Part shown: positions 60,164 to 64,000 of the stretch, in pieces
Layout of the letters: each line of letters begins with the position of its first letter
Position numbering within the stretch: position 1 is the first letter of the stretch
Made by a program: the position numbers and the translations under genes
The notes under the pieces: model-generated
Told to the model about the DNA's origin: nothing
Databases searched by the model: none
Seen by the model: the letters and a program-made list of their open reading frames with translations, nothing else
Assembly (NCBI GenBank): GCA_024704765.1
Contig: JAKMXF010000327.1
Coordinates: forward strand, 79,360-143,359
Direction of reading: 5' to 3'
Length of the DNA stretch: 64,000 nucleotides
Origin: Oopsacas minuta
Lineage: Eukaryota; Animalia; Porifera

Positions 60164-63005
60164 TATACATAAAGCCTATAGTAACTTATGGATTTTGGAG
60201 TAGGGATACGTTAGCCGATAAACCAAATTCTATTTGAATCCTATATTGCAGAAACGGCGCATTTTTGCCTGAATCAATGTTTTGCATATTTGTAGAACAC
60301 CCATTATATGCTAAATTTAAGGATGTGTCTAGTTAGCATTTATTTGGTGAAAAATGTCATTCTTTGATCCCATGTAAAATATTGCTTCTTTCACTTCACC
60401 AGTAATATATATAATGATCCATAGATACTTTGATACAAAATATCAAAAAATTGTAACACTTAGGTCTGTTACAAATGGGATGCCAGATGAGTCAACACAT
60501 TCAAGAAAAATCTATGTTTAACGATAGGTTATTGGAAGAATAATTGGAAAAAATTGAGCATGTTGATAAGAAATCTATTCTAAAGAAAAGGTGCTGATTA
60601 TTTATACCGTATGAATGAATAGAAGACATAAATTCATAGAAATACAGAATTTCTAAAAGTAATAAATAACAATTTTCTATAACCAAATATGTGAATTTTG
60701 ATATCATGATTTGAATGCTCCTATACGAGGATCAAGGATGGTCGTTTGAAATTTTGGAGGTCTTAACTGATTCTTTACATTTTTTACCGAAAAAATTCAA
60801 TTCAAAAACCTTGGAAGGTTAATTTCACTTTTATGAGATTTATACAAATTAAGTTTGTAAATAGCAGAAATATTAGAATTATGAATTTATTATTTATATG
60901 TTTAGTTATTGAAATTAATTTTCTGTAACACTTCCCTACGCGACTACTTATTTGCTAAAGTGTAATTGGAAATATACTCTCATTGAGTATCCATGGTTCT
61001 TGTAATAGAAACAGTTAAACTGTCATTCAACAGTACAACTGTGATGATGAAAATATAAATATTATTTATTGTCGTGTAAATTGTGGCCGAAATACCGAAA
61101 TGTGCCTTCTCCATCAACATGCAACAAGCCCCTTAGATTAGTACCCCCTGTTCTAGTTCTTGAATCTTCAGCAATTATATTATTATACAATCTACAAGAT
61201 GTAGAATTTCTTTTTCGACTATATTCAACCATTCCGTCATTTCAATGATATTTCCTTAATTTCCCCATTTACCATAACACTTGAATGTTTTGAAAATTCA
61301 CATTTTTTATTTGGATATTCTAAAGTGCTTGGCTATAGTATTCTATGGCTTGCTTTTTATCAAATTTTCAGTTTCATCCAATTTTGGATAATTTTCTGTT
61401 TTTGTAATTATTCATAAGTTTCCATAGCTTTTTCTCACTTTTGTTTGTAGTTTTTACTAGAGTCGAAATCATTTTTTGCGTATCGGTTTTTTGCTAGCTG
61501 CAATTTTATTGGTCAGATTTATTAAATTTTGTTGTTGATTTAGTTATCATACTTAACTTATTGATTTTTGTTGTCTCTAGCCTACCTTGACTGCTTTCTA
61601 TGACGTGAAGAGTAAGAATTTCATTTTCGAGGCGTATAATAATTTTTGATTGAATCGGCTTATTTTGCCTTTCGTCTTTGCCTATTTTTCCTTGCATTTG
61701 GTGGCAAAAACCCAGATTTCGACTTCACTATTTAGTTAAACTACACATGTTTACGTTTATGGAAGCATCAAGCATGTATATTTGCTTAGCAGTTTGACGG
61801 TCTATGTTAATAAGGTAGGTACGTATATCCATTGACGATTTGAGTTCCTCGTAAATTCACTTTCTTATCCCTTGAACTTGATTAAAGTTAAAAACTTGTA
61901 GAATCGGTTGAGTCTCTTATTCAGCATTGTTGAAGAAGTAATTACTACTATTTCAGCTAAGCTTCCTGTATCAAAAGTGATTCACACTGAGTGGATATCT
62001 CCACTAATCTTCGATCTTATATCTCAGATAGATCCGGAATAACTCTTTGATGAAACTGTAAGTTTTCTGTATTCAAGTGTGTGTGAATTTACAGAATACT
62101 CCTAGATGTTTCCTAATATTATATGGGATAATATATACCGTATTTCCCTGAATAATCTAAAACTAATTGTGTGTAGCAACACTCCCAAACTACGTTTTTT
62201 TCCATTGTACAACCGAGTTTAGAATTAGAAGAACCAACCATGTATTAAGAAAGGGTCTATTGGAAATTGTAATGCCATTCATTATAATTACACACAATTA
62301 GGTATTTTTCCAGTTTTCAAATTCAATATATATTACAATTGAAATCGTGTTATTTTAACACAGATTATTTTTGTCTTATTTGTGCTTTTTTTTGTCTTCA
62401 AGTCGGTTTATAAATTGTTTATTCAAATTCTCATATAAATAATCTGATTTTTCAAACCAATATTTACATAAATCAGCTCCCTACACTGGTTTTTCAATTG
62501 ATATTACTCCAGTTGATACAAACTCCAGATAAGGCGAACAAATTTTGAGCGTACGTTTGTGTTCTTATTAACGAGGTTCTACTGTTTGTAACTTTTATTT
62601 ATGGAATTTACATTATGTAATATCTTTATCAAAGTTGTTAAATGTAAATTGTGCGTTTGATTGGAGAGTAACTAAAGAGCAAACAAAGTACTCTATCTAA
62701 ATAAAACCTGAGAATGTTTGAAGTAATAAATTCATTCAGAGCTTGTCGGGGTTGTATTCGCCTATGGATCGTGTAGAACCACGTAGATAGTTAGGTTAGG
62801 TAAACCGTTTCCAGAAGATGGTTCTTATTTTGGAGATGCTCTGATAACCGGTGTATTCTTATGAGCGTTACCCACTAGTATTAATATTATTTATACTTTA
62901 TGATTTAAATTATGATTTTTTGTTTTAAAGAATTCCGAACTAAGAATTTTTGGGAAAAATCGGCTAAAAGTTGATTTGATTTAAAAATTCTTCTCATTAG
63001 GGAAA

Positions 63006-63117
63006 CTGTTATATTATGTTAGAAGGACTATAGCTGTTATATTATGTTAGAAGGACTATAGCTGTTATATTATGTTAGAAGGACTATAGCTGTTATATTA
63101 TGTTAGAAGGACTATAG
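63006..63117. repeat. 28-bp tandem repeat x4
   Basis: Four perfect copies of CTGTTATATTATGTTAGAAGGACTATAG. Confidence 0.95.
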
Positions 63118-64000
63118 CGTTGAATCTTTATTTTAGCTATTTTCTTTGAGAAGAAATTAAAGCATGGATTTGTAATACAATTTTAGCTACGATAATTACC
63201 TAAAACTGTTCTTTTCGTGTTAACTTCATGGATTTAACATTAAATATTAAAGTAAGAATGCAAAGTTAAGTGAGATTCGGTTGAAATCTGTGAAACTCAC
63301 TTCAGATCTCTGAGACTTGACAACTTTCTGGATCAACTTCTTCAATTGATCAATTCACTCTTAAATAGTTACTTTTATCTTGATAGTGAATTATATATTC
63401 CCAAATTGTCATCACATTATTAGAATTAAATTTAGTTCGATGATTCTTTAGAAATAGATTTCTATTAGTGCCATTTTTATGTGTAGTGTATTTGATGAAT
63501 TTCAGAACTGATTTCATCATTATCAGTGTCTTTCTTGTAATGCTCGACTGGCTTCTGATCCAATCAGTATACTAAACCAATTGTATGTATCTTGCATTAT
63601 ACAAGTAGACAACTACTATGTATAAACTAATTTTTCGAAATATAATACTAGTTTATAGCCGCTAGGGCATTTGTTTTGGTTATCTAGAAATATAATTATA
63701 CATATTTAATTCTTCCCTAAATCCCAGCTATTCTAGCTACCCGTGTATTGATACAAATTTTTATCTAATTTACATAAAATTATCCACAATTTCTTTAGCC
63801 ATTTTTAGACAGTGAATTTATACCCCTCACTGAATATAGAATGGATTCAATCAATCGATTTAGTCATCAGTTCATCCCTCTAATTACCAATTATTCCACC
63901 TTCACATTTATGAATGAGATCAATTTATATTCTGGAATTCGTGGTCAAATTCTTTAGTTCAAAGAGATCACTGATTTATACCTTCTGTCGAAGAAGACAA

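Noticed and set aside
61200-62100. Degenerate minus-strand coding relic including a TPR-like QAIEYYSQAL peptide
   Set aside because: Many stops and frameshifts, and only one short motif; cannot assign a product.
63006-63117. 28-bp repeat as CRISPR direct repeats
   Set aside because: Four contiguous identical copies without spacers; an ordinary minisatellite.

Overview
AT-rich, transposon-dense eukaryotic (animal-like) DNA. A compact, intron-poor invertebrate such as a glass sponge is a guess from gene style only. Host genes: an EPHX3/4-type epoxide hydrolase, a divergent actin broken by one 1-nt frameshift, tRNA-Arg(CCT), a bacterial-type (Tmm/mFMO-like) flavin monooxygenase, a coiled-coil protein, an NCKIPSD/SPIN90 homolog with two SH3 domains, AARSD1, and a Cys/His-rich Ser/Thr kinase whose two ORFs join in frame across a 4,014-bp GT-AG intron. 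All other genes are single-exon. Intergenic DNA holds decayed hAT (Buster and ZMYM1/Ac types), MULE, Chapaev3-like, maT/DD37D and Tigger/pogo elements, many MITEs with recognisable TIRs/TSDs, Helitron-like ends and foldback repeats. Top candidates: (1) a MULE whose transposase is duplicated as a 1,229-bp inverted repeat, either a Mu-killer/hpRNA-like silencing locus or a long-read fold-back artefact; (2) a possibly newly born kinase intron bounded by an 8-bp direct repeat; (3) a putatively horizontally acquired FMO with a remodelled active site. All alignments and counts were done by hand; no database search was run.
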